Assembly: GCA_042216675.1 (NCBI GenBank)
Contig: JBDGTS010000008.1
Span: 96,707 to 160,706, forward strand
Length of the DNA: 64,000 nt
Direction of reading: 5' to 3'
From: Halobacteriaceae archaeon
GTDB taxonomy: Archaea; Halobacteriota; Halobacteria; Halobacteriales; Halobacteriaceae
Program-made: the position numbers and the translations under genes
In this document: piece after piece, positions 11,386 through 21,889 of the stretch
How positions within the stretch are numbered: position 1 is the first letter of the stretch
Layout of the letters: every line of letters begins with the position of its first letter
The notes under the pieces: generated by a model
Seen by the model: only the letters and a program-made list of their open reading frames with translations
Database searches by the model: none
Told to the model about the DNA's origin: nothing

Positions 11386-11433
11386 CGAGGTCGAAGCGAA
11401 GCGAGACCTCGAAAACGCGAGCGGCGAAGCCGC
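11386..11433. repeat. Intergenic twin-hairpin palindromic element
   Basis: CGAGGTC(11386-92)/GACCTCG(11405-11) enclosing GCGAAGC; GCGGC-GAA-GCCGC at 11421-33. Confidence 0.6.
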
Positions 11434-11489
11434 GAGCGGAGCGCGGCCGCTGACGAACCCTTTAACCCCCTCCCGGCCCGCCTCCCGGT

Positions 11490-12011
11490 ATGGCCGACGA
11501 CGCTCTCATCGCGGCGCTCCGCGACGCTGACGCGGTGAAGTACGGCGAGTTCGAACTGTCCCACGGCGGCACGAGCGACTACTACGTCGACAAGTACCTC
11601 TTCGAGACGGACCCGCGCTGTCTCTCCCTCATCGCCGACGCCTTCGCCGAGCGACTGGGCGACGACACGCCCGCCGGCGTCGCCCTCGGCGCGGTGCCCC
11701 TCGTCGCGGCGACGAGCGTTGCCGCCGACCGCCCGTACGTCATCGTGCGCAAGGAGACGAAGGAGTACGGCACCGGGAACCGCATCGAGGGCACCTTGGC
11801 GGAGGGTCAGCGGGTCGTCGTCCTCGAAGACGTGGCGACGACGGGCAAGAGCGCGTTCTCCGCCGTCGAGGCGCTTCGGGAGGCCGGCGCCGTCGTCGAA
11901 CGCGTCGTCGTCGTCGTGGACCGCGAGGAGGGCGCGAGCGAACTGCTGGCCGACCACGGCGTCGAACTAGAGTCGCTGGTGTCCGCGGGCGACTTGCTCG
12001 ACGCCGAGTGA
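11490..12011 (+). CDS. pyrE: Orotate phosphoribosyltransferase
   Basis: [43 protein letters not shown] motif. Confidence 0.95.
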   Translation: MADDALIAALRDADAVKYGEFELSHGGTSDYYVDKYLFETDPRCLSLIADAFAERLGDDTPAGVALGAVPLVAATSVAADRPYVIVRKETKEYGTGNRIEGTLAEGQRVVVLEDVATTGKSAFSAVEALREAGAVVERVVVVVDREEGASELLADHGVELESLVSAGDLLDAE

Positions 12012-12135
12012 GTCAGTCCTCGTCACCCGAGTCCCCGCAGACCACGTTCAAACGCCGTGAGTGGGGTATATAGCCGTCAGTGCCGTCCGCCGAGGTAACA
12101 ACACCTTTTTGTTTGCGCCCGGCGACCGGTCGGAT

Positions 12136-12180
12136 ATGCCAGTAGGTGACTGCTTTACACGCGGGCCTCGCCCCCGCTAA
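12136..12180 (+). promoter_or_regulatory. Putative leader peptide uORF ([14 protein letters not shown]) upstream of thrS
   Basis: ATG about 25 nt after T-rich box 12106-12113; TAA at 12178-80; single Thr codon ACA. Confidence 0.5.
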
Positions 12181-12239
12181 CCCCATTCCACGCACCTACT
12201 GCCCACGTTCTCGCGGTCGGTACCCGAGGTGATCATCCC

Positions 12240-14171
12240 ATGTCCCAGCAATCCCACGTCTCGGTAACGCTTCCCGACGGCTCCGAACTCGACTTCGACC
12301 ACCCCCCGACGGTGGAAGAAGTCGCCTACGAAATCGGGCCCGGACTCGGCGACGACACCCTCGCGGGGAAAGTCGACGGGGAACTCGTCCCGCCCGAGTA
12401 CACCGTCGAGAGCGACGCCACCGTCGAAATCGTCACCGACCAGTCCGACGAGTACCTCGACTTGCTCCGCCACACGGCGGCCCACGTCTTCGCACAGGCG
12501 CTTCAGCGCCTCTACCCCGATGCGAAACTCGCCATCGGCCCCTACACCGACGACGGCTTCTACTACGACGTGGCGAACGTCGACGTCGACGAGGACGACC
12601 TCGACGACATCGAGGCGGAGATGGAGGCCATCGTCGAGGCCGACTACGACGTCGAACGGGTGGAACGCGACCGCGAGGCCGCCTTCGAGACGTACGCGGA
12701 CAACCGCTTCAAGCGCGAGATTTTAGAGGAGGAAGCCTCCGGCGAGGACCCGGTCACCTTCTACCGGCAGGACGACTGGGAGGACCTCTGCAAGGGGCCC
12801 CACGTCGAGTCCACGGGCGAAATCGGCGCGTTCAAACTGCTCAGCATCGCCTCGGCGTACTGGCGCGGCGAGGAGGAGAACGAGCAACTCACGCGCATCT
12901 ACGGCACCGCCTTCGAGTCCGAGTCCGACCTCGAAGCCTTCGAGGAACGCCGCGAGGAGGCCGAGAAGCGCGACCACCGCAAAATCGGCCGCGAGATGGA
13001 CCTGTTCTCCATCGACCCCACCGCCGGCCCCGGACTGCCGCTGTATCACCCCAACGGCAAGACCATCCTGAACGAACTCGAGGACTACGTCGACGCCCTC
13101 AACGACGACAGCGGCTACGACCACGTCGAGACGCCCCACCTGTTCAAGACGGACCTCTGGAAGAAGTCCGGGCACTACGACAACTACCGGGACGACATGT
13201 TCCTGTTCGAACTCGACGACGACGAGTTCGGCCTGAAGCCGATGAACTGTCCCGGCCACGCCACCATCTTCGACGACTCCTCGTGGTCGTATCGCGACCT
13301 GCCGGTGCGCTACTCCGAACACGGGAAGGTGTACCGCAAGGAGCAACGCGGCGAACTCTCCGGACTCTCGCGGACGTGGGCGTTCACCATCGACGACGGC
13401 CACCTGTTCGTCCGCCCCGACCAGATAGAGAGCGAGGTGGAGACGACCATCGACATGATCTTCGAGGTCATCGAGACGTTCGGCCTCGAAGTGTCGGTGG
13501 ACCTCGCCACGCGCCCCGAGAAGTCCGTCGGGAGCGACGAAATCTGGGAGCAGGCCGAGGAACAGCTCCGCTCGGTGCTGGACCGCGGCGGCTACGACTA
13601 CGGCGTCGAACCCGGCGACGGCGCCTTCTACGGCCCGAAAATCGACTTCTCCTTCGAGGACGCGCTGGGCCGGTCGTGGGACGGCCCGACGGTCCAACTC
13701 GACTTCAACATGCCCGAGCGCTTCGACCTCACGTACACGGGCGAGGACAACGAGCCCCACCGCCCGGTGATGATTCACCGCGCCCTCTACGGCAGTTACG
13801 AGCGCTTCTTCATGATGCTCATCGAGCACTTCGCGGGGCGCTTCCCGCTGTGGCTCGCCCCCGAGCAGGTCCGCATCCTCCCCATCACGGACGAGGTGCT
13901 GGGCTATGCCTACCAGACGGCGAACGAGATCGACGACTTCCGCGTCACCGTCGACGACTCCTCGGAGACGCTGGGGCGCCGCATCCGAGACGCCCACGAC
14001 GACCGGGTGCCGTACATGATCATCGTCGGCGAGGACGAACGCGACGAGGAGACGCTCTCGGTCCGCGACCGACAGGAGCGACAGGCCGGCGACGTGGACC
14101 CCGAGGCGTTCTTCGCGCACCTCCGGAGCGAACGCGACGAGAAGCGCATCGAACCGGACTTCCTCGACTGA
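12240..14171 (+). CDS. thrS: Threonine--tRNA ligase (bacterial type with TGS domain)
   Basis: [52 protein letters not shown]; SD GAGGTGA at 12226. Confidence 0.98.
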   Translation: MSQQSHVSVTLPDGSELDFDHPPTVEEVAYEIGPGLGDDTLAGKVDGELVPPEYTVESDATVEIVTDQSDEYLDLLRHTAAHVFAQALQRLYPDAKLAIGPYTDDGFYYDVANVDVDEDDLDDIEAEMEAIVEADYDVERVERDREAAFETYADNRFKREILEEEASGEDPVTFYRQDDWEDLCKGPHVESTGEIGAFKLLSIASAYWRGEEENEQLTRIYGTAFESESDLEAFEERREEAEKRDHRKIGREMDLFSIDPTAGPGLPLYHPNGKTILNELEDYVDALNDDSGYDHVETPHLFKTDLWKKSGHYDNYRDDMFLFELDDDEFGLKPMNCPGHATIFDDSSWSYRDLPVRYSEHGKVYRKEQRGELSGLSRTWAFTIDDGHLFVRPDQIESEVETTIDMIFEVIETFGLEVSVDLATRPEKSVGSDEIWEQAEEQLRSVLDRGGYDYGVEPGDGAFYGPKIDFSFEDALGRSWDGPTVQLDFNMPERFDLTYTGEDNEPHRPVMIHRALYGSYERFFMMLIEHFAGRFPLWLAPEQVRILPITDEVLGYAYQTANEIDDFRVTVDDSSETLGRRIRDAHDDRVPYMIIVGEDERDEETLSVRDRQERQAGDVDPEAFFAHLRSERDEKRIEPDFLD

Positions 14172-14230
14172 GGCCCGCCGGAAATATATAAACGGTTTTG
14201 TGGGCCGCTCACGACTCCCGAGACAAGCCT

Positions 14231-15652
14231 ATGGCAGTAAGTGACACACTCGCGGAATATTTCGAGTTCGAGGAACACGGCACGGACCTCAGAACCGAAC
14301 TGCTCGCGGGGCTGACGACGTTTCTGGCGATGTCGTACATCGTCGTGGTCAATCCCGGTATTCTGGCGAAGACGGACGTGAACTTCGCGCAGGACGGGAT
14401 GCAACCCGCCATCTCGCCGACGGGGTACTCGCCGGGCGAGGTGTTCCAGATGGTGGCCATCGTCACCATCATCTCGGCGATGGTGGCGACGGCGGTGATG
14501 GCGGTGTACGCGAACCGGCCGTTCGGACAGGCGCCGGGACTGGGCCTCAACGCCTTCTTCGCGTTCACCGTCGTCGGCGCGATGGGCATCTCGTGGCAGA
14601 CGGCGCTCGCCGCCGTCGTCGTGGAGGGCCTCCTCTTCATCGTCCTCACACTCGTCGGTGCCCGAAGCTACGTCATCGAACTGTTCCCCGAACCGGTGAA
14701 AGTCGCCGTCGGAACGGGTATCGGCCTGTTCCTCGCGCTCATCGGATTCACCGAGATGAACGTCGTGGTCCCCGGTTCGGGAACCGTCGTGACGCTCGGG
14801 AGCGTCGCGCAGGACCCCGTGGCACTGCTGTCCCTCGCGGGGCTGTTCTTCACGCTCATGCTGTACGCGCGCCGAATTCCCGGCTCTATCGTCATCGGCA
14901 TCATCGCCACGACGCTGGCGGCGTACGGCCTCGAAGCGGCGAACGTCGTCGCACGGGGGACGCTGACGCCCGGTGACATCCCCTCGGCCACCTACGACAT
15001 CTCGCCGCTGGCCGGCGCCTTCGTCGGCGGTCTGCAGGAGGTCGAGGCGGCGGCGTTCGCGCTGGTCATCTTCACGTTCTTCTTCGTGGACTTCTTCGAC
15101 ACCGCCGGCACCCTCACGGGCGTCGGGCAGGCGGCGAACCTCCTCGACGAGGAGGGGAACCTCCCCGAGATGGAGAAACCCCTGCTGGCTGACGGCATCG
15201 GGACCACCGTCGGGGGTGCGTTGGGTACCTCTACGGTGACGACGTACATCGAGTCCGCGACGGGCGTCGAGGAGGGCGGCCGGACCGGGATGACGGCCTT
15301 GACCGTCGCGGGCCTCTTCTTGCTCTCGCTCGCGTTCGTGCCGTTGGCGGCCGCTGTCCCCCTGTACGCCTCCCACATCGCACTCGTCGTCGTCGGGGTC
15401 ATCATGCTCCGCAACGTCGGCGACATCCTCTGGGACGACCTCACGTACGCCATCCCCGCCGGGATGACGATTCTCGTGATGCCGTTCACGTACAACATCG
15501 GCTACGGCATCGCGGCGGGCATCATCTCCTACCCGCTGGTGAAGGCCGGCGCGGGCGAACTCGAGGACACCCACCCCGCACACTGGCTCCTCGCCGCCGC
15601 GTTCGTCGTCTACTTCTACGTCCGCACCAGCGGCCTCCTCACCGCCATCTGA
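14231..15652 (+). CDS. NCS2/AzgA-family purine permease
   Basis: ELLAGLTTFLAMSYIVVVNP, APGLGLNAFF, DFFDTAGT, TTYIESATGVEEGGRTG. Confidence 0.93.
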   Translation: MAVSDTLAEYFEFEEHGTDLRTELLAGLTTFLAMSYIVVVNPGILAKTDVNFAQDGMQPAISPTGYSPGEVFQMVAIVTIISAMVATAVMAVYANRPFGQAPGLGLNAFFAFTVVGAMGISWQTALAAVVVEGLLFIVLTLVGARSYVIELFPEPVKVAVGTGIGLFLALIGFTEMNVVVPGSGTVVTLGSVAQDPVALLSLAGLFFTLMLYARRIPGSIVIGIIATTLAAYGLEAANVVARGTLTPGDIPSATYDISPLAGAFVGGLQEVEAAAFALVIFTFFFVDFFDTAGTLTGVGQAANLLDEEGNLPEMEKPLLADGIGTTVGGALGTSTVTTYIESATGVEEGGRTGMTALTVAGLFLLSLAFVPLAAAVPLYASHIALVVVGVIMLRNVGDILWDDLTYAIPAGMTILVMPFTYNIGYGIAAGIISYPLVKAGAGELEDTHPAHWLLAAAFVVYFYVRTSGLLTAI

Positions 15653-15706
15653 GCGAGCGCCGCCGCGACCGGCGCTTTCTTGCGGCCCAAACCCCTACCG
15701 GTGGCT

Positions 15707-15955
15707 ATGTCGAACCTCGAACTGTACGAACTGCCGGGCTGTCCCTACTGCGCGAAGGTCATCGACAAACTGAACGAACTGGGCCTCGACTACGAGTCCC
15801 ACGAGGTGCCCCGCTCACACGCCGAACGCACGGAAGTCGAGGAAGTGAGCGGCCAGACCGGCGTCCCGGTTCTCGTTGACCCCGACAACGGCGTCGATGG
15901 GATGCCCGAGAGCGACGACATCGTCGCCTATCTCGAAAAGACGTACGGGCAGTAA
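15707..15955 (+). CDS. Glutaredoxin-like (GST N-terminal-like) protein
   Basis: CPYC motif, SGQTGVPVL, ESDDIVAYL. Confidence 0.9.
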   Translation: MSNLELYELPGCPYCAKVIDKLNELGLDYESHEVPRSHAERTEVEEVSGQTGVPVLVDPDNGVDGMPESDDIVAYLEKTYGQ

Positions 15956-15997
15956 GCAGTAGCGGCGCGGTGCCGTGCGGAAAGCGGTTTTTTTGGT

Positions 15998-16032
15998 CCA
16001 GCTTTTTGTGGCGCTTCGCCACAAAAAGCTGG
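15998..16032. repeat. Perfect 16-bp-stem hairpin between convergent genes (REP-like element or bidirectional terminator)
   Basis: CCAGCTTTTTGTGGCG-CTT-CGCCACAAAAAGCTGG, preceded by a T7 tract. Confidence 0.7.
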
Positions 16033-16038
16033 GTGCCG

Positions 16039-16992
16039 TTATGCCTCAGCGCGCTCCCGCAACAGGTCCCGAAGTTCGTCCCGGTCCTGAATGTCTTCGG
16101 CCTCCTCGCGTTCGATGAGCGCCGTGCCGTCGATGGACTCGCGGCGCGTCTTCTCCACGAAGTACACCGAGCGGGTGCCCGTGACCTGACCGAGCGAACT
16201 CATCAGGCGGGCGCGCTTCACGGCGCTCTCGGTGAGCTCCGAGTGGCCCGTGAGGAGGTTCTCCGCGCCGTCCTCGTCCTCGCCGACGGCCTTGAACGGC
16301 GCGCGGACCGTCGGGTGGACCTCGAAGCCGGCGCGGCGCAACACGGCGACGATGGGCCGGTCGGCCGGTTCGGCGTCGGGGTCGTCCGGCGTCGGTTCGG
16401 TGTCTCTGACCTCCTCGGCGCCGTCGAGGACGTCGACGGGGCCGGTGAGGGGCGCCTCGAACAGTTCTTCGAGTTCGATTGCCACCTCGACGCTGGCGTT
16501 CATGCCGTCCTCGTACTTCGAGACGGTGCGGCGGGAAACACCGAGTTCGGAGGCCAGGCGGCCGAGGCTCCAGCCGCGCTCCTCGCGTTCGTCGGCCAGC
16601 AGTTCGCCGTCGATGTTGATGTAGAGGCCACCCGGCGCGGCGTAAATCATCGGCGGCACCCCCTCGACGAACAGGTCCATCGCCGTGTCGGGGCTCAGGA
16701 CTGGCACGCCGTGTCGGAAGTACACCACCTCTCGTTCGAGTTCCTCGTCGCGCGTCCGCAAGCCGATAAGCAGGGGCGTCGCGTCGAGATACGCGCCGAG
16801 GCGCCGCATCTCGGCGCCGCTCTCGGCGTCGAAGGCGTCGATGTTTCCGAGAATCTTCGCGAGAATCAACTCCTCACCGCGGCGGGCGGCGACGTCGAAA
16901 CTCTTGGGCCGGATGGCACACTGGTCGCTCACCGTGAACCCGGCGTCCGTGAGCATCGCAGTCACGTTTTCGACGAGTGCCGACCGCGACAT
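16039..16992 (-). CDS. Conserved archaeal XRE-type HTH transcriptional regulator (COG1395-like)
   Basis: [45 protein letters not shown]; divergent from tiaS. Confidence 0.88.
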   Translation of the reverse strand: MSRSALVENVTAMLTDAGFTVSDQCAIRPKSFDVAARRGEELILAKILGNIDAFDAESGAEMRRLGAYLDATPLLIGLRTRDEELEREVVYFRHGVPVLSPDTAMDLFVEGVPPMIYAAPGGLYINIDGELLADEREERGWSLGRLASELGVSRRTVSKYEDGMNASVEVAIELEELFEAPLTGPVDVLDGAEEVRDTEPTPDDPDAEPADRPIVAVLRRAGFEVHPTVRAPFKAVGEDEDGAENLLTGHSELTESAVKRARLMSSLGQVTGTRSVYFVEKTRRESIDGTALIEREEAEDIQDRDELRDLLRERAEA

Positions 16993-17102
16993 GGTGGTAG
17001 GTACGCGCCTCGCGCTATTTAGGCGTTGTGGGGTGGAAGACGCCGCCTGCGGCTGATTTCCGGGGCGAAAGGCGTTACCGTGCCGGGGCACTACGGGCGC
17101 GC

Positions 17103-18362
17103 GTGACAGTCGTCGCCTTCGACGACACGGACTCCCGCGAAGGGATGTGTACGACGTACGCCGCCGCGCGCGTCGCCGACGCCCTCGAAGAGCGGGGGCA
17201 CCGGGTCTCGCGGTCGCTCCTCGTGCGCCTCAACCCCGCCGTGGAGCACAAGACCCGGGGTAACGCGGCGCTCGCGGTCCACACCGACGCGCCTGTCGAC
17301 GAGGCGTTCGCCCGTGCTCGCGCCGAACTCGACGATGGCGCGGCGACGGGCGACGACACGAACCCCGGCCTCGTCGCGGCGCCCGGCGATCCCGACGACG
17401 TGCCCGCCGCCGTCGCGGACTTCGCTCGCGGCGCCGTGCGGGACTACCACGACGTCGAGACGGCCGTCGCCCTCGCCGAGGACGCAGGCTACCGGTCCGC
17501 CGCGTGGGGGAACGGCCGGGGCCGCATCGGTGCTCTCGCCGCCGTCGGCGCGTGGGCGGCCTTCGACGAGTGGACGTACGAGCACATCGCCTACCGCCAC
17601 CCCGAGCGGCGCGGCACGCCGCGCGAAGTCGACGTGGACTCCGTGTTCGCGGCCGCCGACGACGCCTACCCGGTTGCGTGGGACACCGTGGACCGCGGGA
17701 CGGGCGACCCCGTCTGCGTGCCGCACACGCCCGGCCCCCTCCTCTACGGCGTTCGGGGCGACGACCCCGCGACGGTCCGCGACGTGGCGGCCGCCATCGA
17801 CGCCGAACCGGCCGAGCGGACGCGCCTGTTCCACGCGAATCAGGGGACGGACGCCCACCTCCGGGACGCCGCCCTCGCCGACGCCCGCGACGGCTACGCC
17901 TACCGGGTGACCGGCACCGTCGCCGACGCGCCGGAGACGCGCGAGGGTGGGCACGTCTTCGTGACGCTGGCCGAGGCCGAGGCCGAACTGCCGTGTGCGG
18001 CCTTCGAGCCGACGAAGCGCTTCCGAGAGCGGGTGCGAGCGCTCCGCCCGGGCGACCGAATCACGGCCTGTGGCGAAGTCGCGCGCGGGACGCTCAAACT
18101 GGAGAAGTTCGCGGTCCGCGACCTGAACCGGACTGAGCGCGTCGTGCCCACCTGCGACTGCGGGCGGCGGATGGAGAGCGCCGGCGCCGGGCAGGGCTAC
18201 CGCTGTCGGGACTGCGGGACGACGGCGCCCGGCAAGGTCGAACAGCCAGTCGAGCGCGAACTCGACGTGGGCTGGTACGAGGTGCCGCCAGTCGCGCGCC
18301 GACACGTCGCGAAGCCACTCGTCCGCGGCGGCTTCGACGCGCCGACGCATCCCGAGCGCTAG
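17103..18362 (+). CDS. tiaS: tRNA(Ile2) 2-agmatinylcytidine synthetase
   Basis: [51 protein letters not shown], Zn ribbon, RRHVAKP. Confidence 0.95.
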   Translation: MTVVAFDDTDSREGMCTTYAAARVADALEERGHRVSRSLLVRLNPAVEHKTRGNAALAVHTDAPVDEAFARARAELDDGAATGDDTNPGLVAAPGDPDDVPAAVADFARGAVRDYHDVETAVALAEDAGYRSAAWGNGRGRIGALAAVGAWAAFDEWTYEHIAYRHPERRGTPREVDVDSVFAAADDAYPVAWDTVDRGTGDPVCVPHTPGPLLYGVRGDDPATVRDVAAAIDAEPAERTRLFHANQGTDAHLRDAALADARDGYAYRVTGTVADAPETREGGHVFVTLAEAEAELPCAAFEPTKRFRERVRALRPGDRITACGEVARGTLKLEKFAVRDLNRTERVVPTCDCGRRMESAGAGQGYRCRDCGTTAPGKVEQPVERELDVGWYEVPPVARRHVAKPLVRGGFDAPTHPER

Positions 18363-18775
18363 GCCTCGATGACCTCGATCAGGTTGTCCTCGGGGTCGCG
18401 CAGGAAGAGGATTTTCGTGCCGCTGGACGTGACCTGTGGCTCGCTCACCGTCTCGACGCCGGTGAGGTCCGCGTAGAACGCGTCGAGGTCCCCGACGGAG
18501 AACCCGAGGTGCGCCGCGCCGGGTTGGTTGACGGCTTCCGGCGTCGCGTCGTCCCCCTCGGGCGTGTACTCGATGAGTTCGACGCGCACGCCGTCCGCGT
18601 CGAGGTGGGCGAACTGGCCCTCGGCGTCGTCGACGCCGACGCCGGTGGCGAACGCCTCGCCGGACACCTCGAAGCGACTCAGCACCTCGAAGTCGAACGT
18701 GTCGCGGTAGAAGGCCACGGCGCGGTCCAAGTCGCTGACGGTGATGCCGACGTGGTGTGCGGTGGGTTCGGGCAC
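18359..18775 (-). CDS. VOC (glyoxalase) family protein
   Basis: HHVGITVSDLDRAVAFY, ELIEY, HLGFSV, FLRDPEDNLIE. Confidence 0.9.
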   Translation of the reverse strand: MPEPTAHHVGITVSDLDRAVAFYRDTFDFEVLSRFEVSGEAFATGVGVDDAEGQFAHLDADGVRVELIEYTPEGDDATPEAVNQPGAAHLGFSVGDLDAFYADLTGVETVSEPQVTSSGTKILFLRDPEDNLIEVIEA

Positions 18776-18812
18776 ACCGGAGCGGCGCGCGCGAGGCGAA
18801 AGAGCGTGTCGG

Positions 18813-19769
18813 TCAGTACTCGTCGAGACCGGTGGCGACCGAGCAGACGTACTCGCCGGTGGCCACCTGTGGGAGGCGGCGGGTCCGCCAGAGGATGCCG
18901 TCCGCGTCGGCGGTGACCGTCGAGCGGTGCCGCCCGAACACGTCGGTCACTTCGAACAGTTCGTCGCCGCGGGAGACGCGGGCGCCGAGGTCCGCGACGA
19001 AGGAGACGACGCCGCCGGCGGGCGCGCCGTGGCGGTTGAAGTCGCGGGCGCGGGTCTGTGGCTCCCGTGGCGCGTCGCCGTCGAGGAAGCCGTAGCCCCG
19101 GAGGACGTTGAAGACGCCCTCGACGCCGACCTGAATGCTCTGCTCGTCCCAGCCGACGCTCCCGCCGAGTTCGGGGTCGATGGCGGGCGTGCCGTCGTCG
19201 GGCGCCGCGCGGGCGAGTTGGCCGTCCGGTCCCTTCTGGTCGAGGACGTGGCCCGCGCCGAACGTCTTCGCGAGTTCGAGGCAGTCGCTGTGGAGGTGGT
19301 GGTGGCGGCCACAGCGCACCCGGACCTCCTCTATCATCCGCGAGGTGGAGCCCTGATGGAGGTCGACCACGAGGTCCGCGTCCGTCGCGGCCTCGAAGGT
19401 GGCGTGGGCGATGCGCTCGCTGGAGGAGCCGTTTGGGTCGCCGGGGTACGCCCGGTTGAGTTTCGTGTCGTCGATGGGGTTTCGGTGTTCGGCCACCTGA
19501 AACGCGTGGTAGTTGACGACGCCGACGACGAGGACGGCGCCGCTGAGTTCCGCCGGGTCGAGACGGGGGACGACGCGGCTGATGACGCCGACGCCGTTGA
19601 GTTCGTCCCCGTCGCTCGCTGCCTGCAAGTAGAGCGTGTCGCCGTCCGCGGCGCCGTTGATGACCGCCACCGGGAGGCCGACCGGCGACCCGTCGCGGGC
19701 CTCGCCCACGTCGAGGCGGCCGGTGTCGGTCTCGCCGGGGTCGGCGCTCGCGGAGCCCAGAGAGATCAT
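18813..19769 (-). CDS. Succinylglutamate desuccinylase/aspartoacylase (M14-like) family protein
   Basis: DGDELNG, LNRAYPG, DLHQG, C-terminal biotinyl-like domain. Confidence 0.88.
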   Translation of the reverse strand: MISLGSASADPGETDTGRLDVGEARDGSPVGLPVAVINGAADGDTLYLQAASDGDELNGVGVISRVVPRLDPAELSGAVLVVGVVNYHAFQVAEHRNPIDDTKLNRAYPGDPNGSSSERIAHATFEAATDADLVVDLHQGSTSRMIEEVRVRCGRHHHLHSDCLELAKTFGAGHVLDQKGPDGQLARAAPDDGTPAIDPELGGSVGWDEQSIQVGVEGVFNVLRGYGFLDGDAPREPQTRARDFNRHGAPAGGVVSFVADLGARVSRGDELFEVTDVFGRHRSTVTADADGILWRTRRLPQVATGEYVCSVATGLDEY

Positions 19770-19843
19770 TACGTCTCTGTACGCCGCCCCGGAGCCTTGA
19801 GCGGTTCGGTCCCGACGCCGCGCGGCAGGAACAGTTAACAGCC

Positions 19844-19862
19844 TGTGCCATATAGTGGCACA
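19844..19862. promoter_or_regulatory. Candidate operator palindrome before the USP gene
   Basis: TGTGCCA-TATAG-TGGCACA between TATA-like GTTAAC (19834) and ATG 19864. Confidence 0.5.
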
Positions 19863-19863
19863 C

Positions 19864-20358
19864 ATGTACCGGGCACTGGTGCCACTCGACGCCGACCTCG
19901 ACCGGGCGGAAGCACAAGCGCGTGCGGTCCGGCGACTACCGGGAACCGGGGACGAACTCGACGTGACGCTGCTTCACGTCGGCGACGACCGGGAGGCCGA
20001 CGTGCCGGCGGTCGACCGCGCGGAGTCGGTCCTCTCGGAGGTCGGTGCCGACGTGACCCGGATGGTCCGGCAGGGGGACCCGGCCTCGGTCATCGTGAAC
20101 GTGGCCAGCGAGGTAGACGCGGAGGCCATCGTCCTCGGAGGGCGCAAGCGCTCGCCGCTCGGGTCGTTCCTGTTCGGGAGCGTCAGTCAGGCGGTGATGG
20201 CCGACGCGTCCCGCCCCGTGATGATAACGGGCACGGAGGTCAAACACGACCCGACGCACGTCTGTCAGTCTTGTGGCGAGACGTACCACCTCGAGGAGGG
20301 CGTCGAGGTGTCGGAGTGTCGCGCCTGTGGCGGCACGAAGGTGGAGGCGCGGACCTGA
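19864..20358 (+). CDS. Universal stress protein with C-terminal Cys4 zinc ribbon
   Basis: IVLGGRKRSPLGSFLFGSVSQAV; tail CQSCG...CRACGG. Confidence 0.85.
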   Translation: MYRALVPLDADLDRAEAQARAVRRLPGTGDELDVTLLHVGDDREADVPAVDRAESVLSEVGADVTRMVRQGDPASVIVNVASEVDAEAIVLGGRKRSPLGSFLFGSVSQAVMADASRPVMITGTEVKHDPTHVCQSCGETYHLEEGVEVSECRACGGTKVEART

Positions 20359-20397
20359 CCGAAGCCGACTTGGGGGCGCCCGCCGAACGCCGACGCG

Positions 20398-20658
20398 ATG
20401 GCAGACCGCTCCGGCGTCCAGAACCTCGTGGAGACGCTCGACGTCCGCCGCCGGGCCGCCGTCGGGTTCGCCGCGGGTGCGGCGCTGGCGGGGGCGCTCT
20501 ACGTCCTGTTCGTCGTCGTGCCCGACTCGCCCCATCCGCTCCGCTTTCTCGCGTTGGGGTTCGTCGTCGCCGTCACGACTGGACTACTGTTCACCGCCGT
20601 ACTGGTCGCTCACGCCGCCTATCGGTACGTGAACGAGGAGCGAGACAGCAATAGTTGA
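20398..20658 (+). CDS. Small two-TM haloarchaeal membrane protein (DUF7536-like)
   Basis: LDVRRRAAVGF followed by two hydrophobic helices. Confidence 0.7.
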   Translation: MADRSGVQNLVETLDVRRRAAVGFAAGAALAGALYVLFVVVPDSPHPLRFLALGFVVAVTTGLLFTAVLVAHAAYRYVNEERDSNS

Positions 20659-20755
20659 ACGATTGCCCAGTTTTTTGCCGGTGTCCCGCCGTCCTCGGCG
20701 TGCGCAACGGCGACGAACGGCAATTCTTTTCCCGGCCGGTTGCCAATCCGCAGGT

Positions 20756-21889
20756 ATGTCCGAGGAGTTACGGAAAGGGCTACGGGGCGTCGTGGCCGCC
20801 GAGTCGTCGCTCAGTAAGATCGACGGGGACGCCGGGCGCCTCATTTATCGCGGCTACGCTATCGAGGACCTCGCCCGTGGCGCTACCTACGAGGAGGTCC
20901 TCTACCTCCTCTGGAACGGGTCGCTACCGACGCGGGCGGAACTCGACTCGTTCAAATCTGCGATGGCGGAGGAACGCGCCGTCGACGAGGACGTGATGGA
21001 CCTCGTCCGAACGCTGGCGACGGACGAAGACGGCCCGATGGCCGCGCTTCGCACCGCCGTCTCCGCGCTCTCGGCCCACGACCCGGACCTCGACGCCGAC
21101 CCGGACGACGAGGCGGCGAACCTCCGGAAGGGCCGCCGCATCACCGCGAAGATTCCGACGATTCTCGCGGCGTACGCGCGGGTCCGCGACGGCGAGGACC
21201 CCATCGACCCCGACCCGTCGCTCGACCACGCGGCGAACTACCTCTACATGCTCAACGGCGAGAAGCCGGGCGATGTGGCCGCCGACGTGTTCGACCAGGC
21301 GCTGGTCCTCCACGCCGACCACGGGCTGAACGCCTCGACGTTCTCCTCGATGGTCACCGCGAGCACCCTCGCCGACCTCCACAGCGCCATCACCAGCGCC
21401 GTCGGCACCCTCTCGGGACCGCTCCACGGCGGCGCCAACCAGAACGTGATGGAGATGCTGCTGGAAATCGACGAGGACGGCGACCCCGTGGAGTGGGTCG
21501 AGGAGACAATCGACGGCGGCGAACGCGTCCCCGGCTTCGGGCACCCCGTGTACACGGTCAAGGACCCCCGCGCGAAGATTCTCGGGGAGCGGTCACAGGA
21601 ACTCGGGCAGGCGACCGGCGACGAGAAGTGGTACGAGTACAGCGTCGAAATCGAGGAGTATCTCACCGCGGAGAAGGGCCTCGCGCCGAACATCGACTTC
21701 TATTCGGCCTCGACGTACTACCAGTTGGGCATCCCCATCGACCTGTTCACGCCCATCTTCGCGATGAGCCGCGTCGGTGGTTGGATCGCCCACGCCCTCG
21801 AACAGTACGCGGACAACCGTGTCATCCGGCCCCGCGCGAAGTACGTCGGCCCGGAGGACCAGGAGTTCCTTCCCATCGACGAGCGCTGA
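20756..21889 (+). CDS. citZ: Citrate synthase (citrate/2-methylcitrate synthase family)
   Basis: LHADHGLNASTF, GPLHGGAN, GFGHPVY, DPRA, NIDFYSA. Confidence 0.93.
   Translation: MSEELRKGLRGVVAAESSLSKIDGDAGRLIYRGYAIEDLARGATYEEVLYLLWNGSLPTRAELDSFKSAMAEERAVDEDVMDLVRTLATDEDGPMAALRTAVSALSAHDPDLDADPDDEAANLRKGRRITAKIPTILAAYARVRDGEDPIDPDPSLDHAANYLYMLNGEKPGDVAADVFDQALVLHADHGLNASTFSSMVTASTLADLHSAITSAVGTLSGPLHGGANQNVMEMLLEIDEDGDPVEWVEETIDGGERVPGFGHPVYTVKDPRAKILGERSQELGQATGDEKWYEYSVEIEEYLTAEKGLAPNIDFYSASTYYQLGIPIDLFTPIFAMSRVGGWIAHALEQYADNRVIRPRAKYVGPEDQEFLPIDER

Noticed and set aside
9921-11957. Long N-terminal extensions in the ORF track (proline dehydrogenase here; also ribB, trm1, GNAT, USP, esterase)
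   Set aside because: Extensions overlap other real genes; shorter starts fit the family N-termini and TATA spacing
18813-19769. SDGDE instead of the usual HGDE zinc ligand, suggesting a pseudogene
   Set aside because: The ORF is intact with other motifs present; from recall this variant is normal in haloarchaeal orthologues
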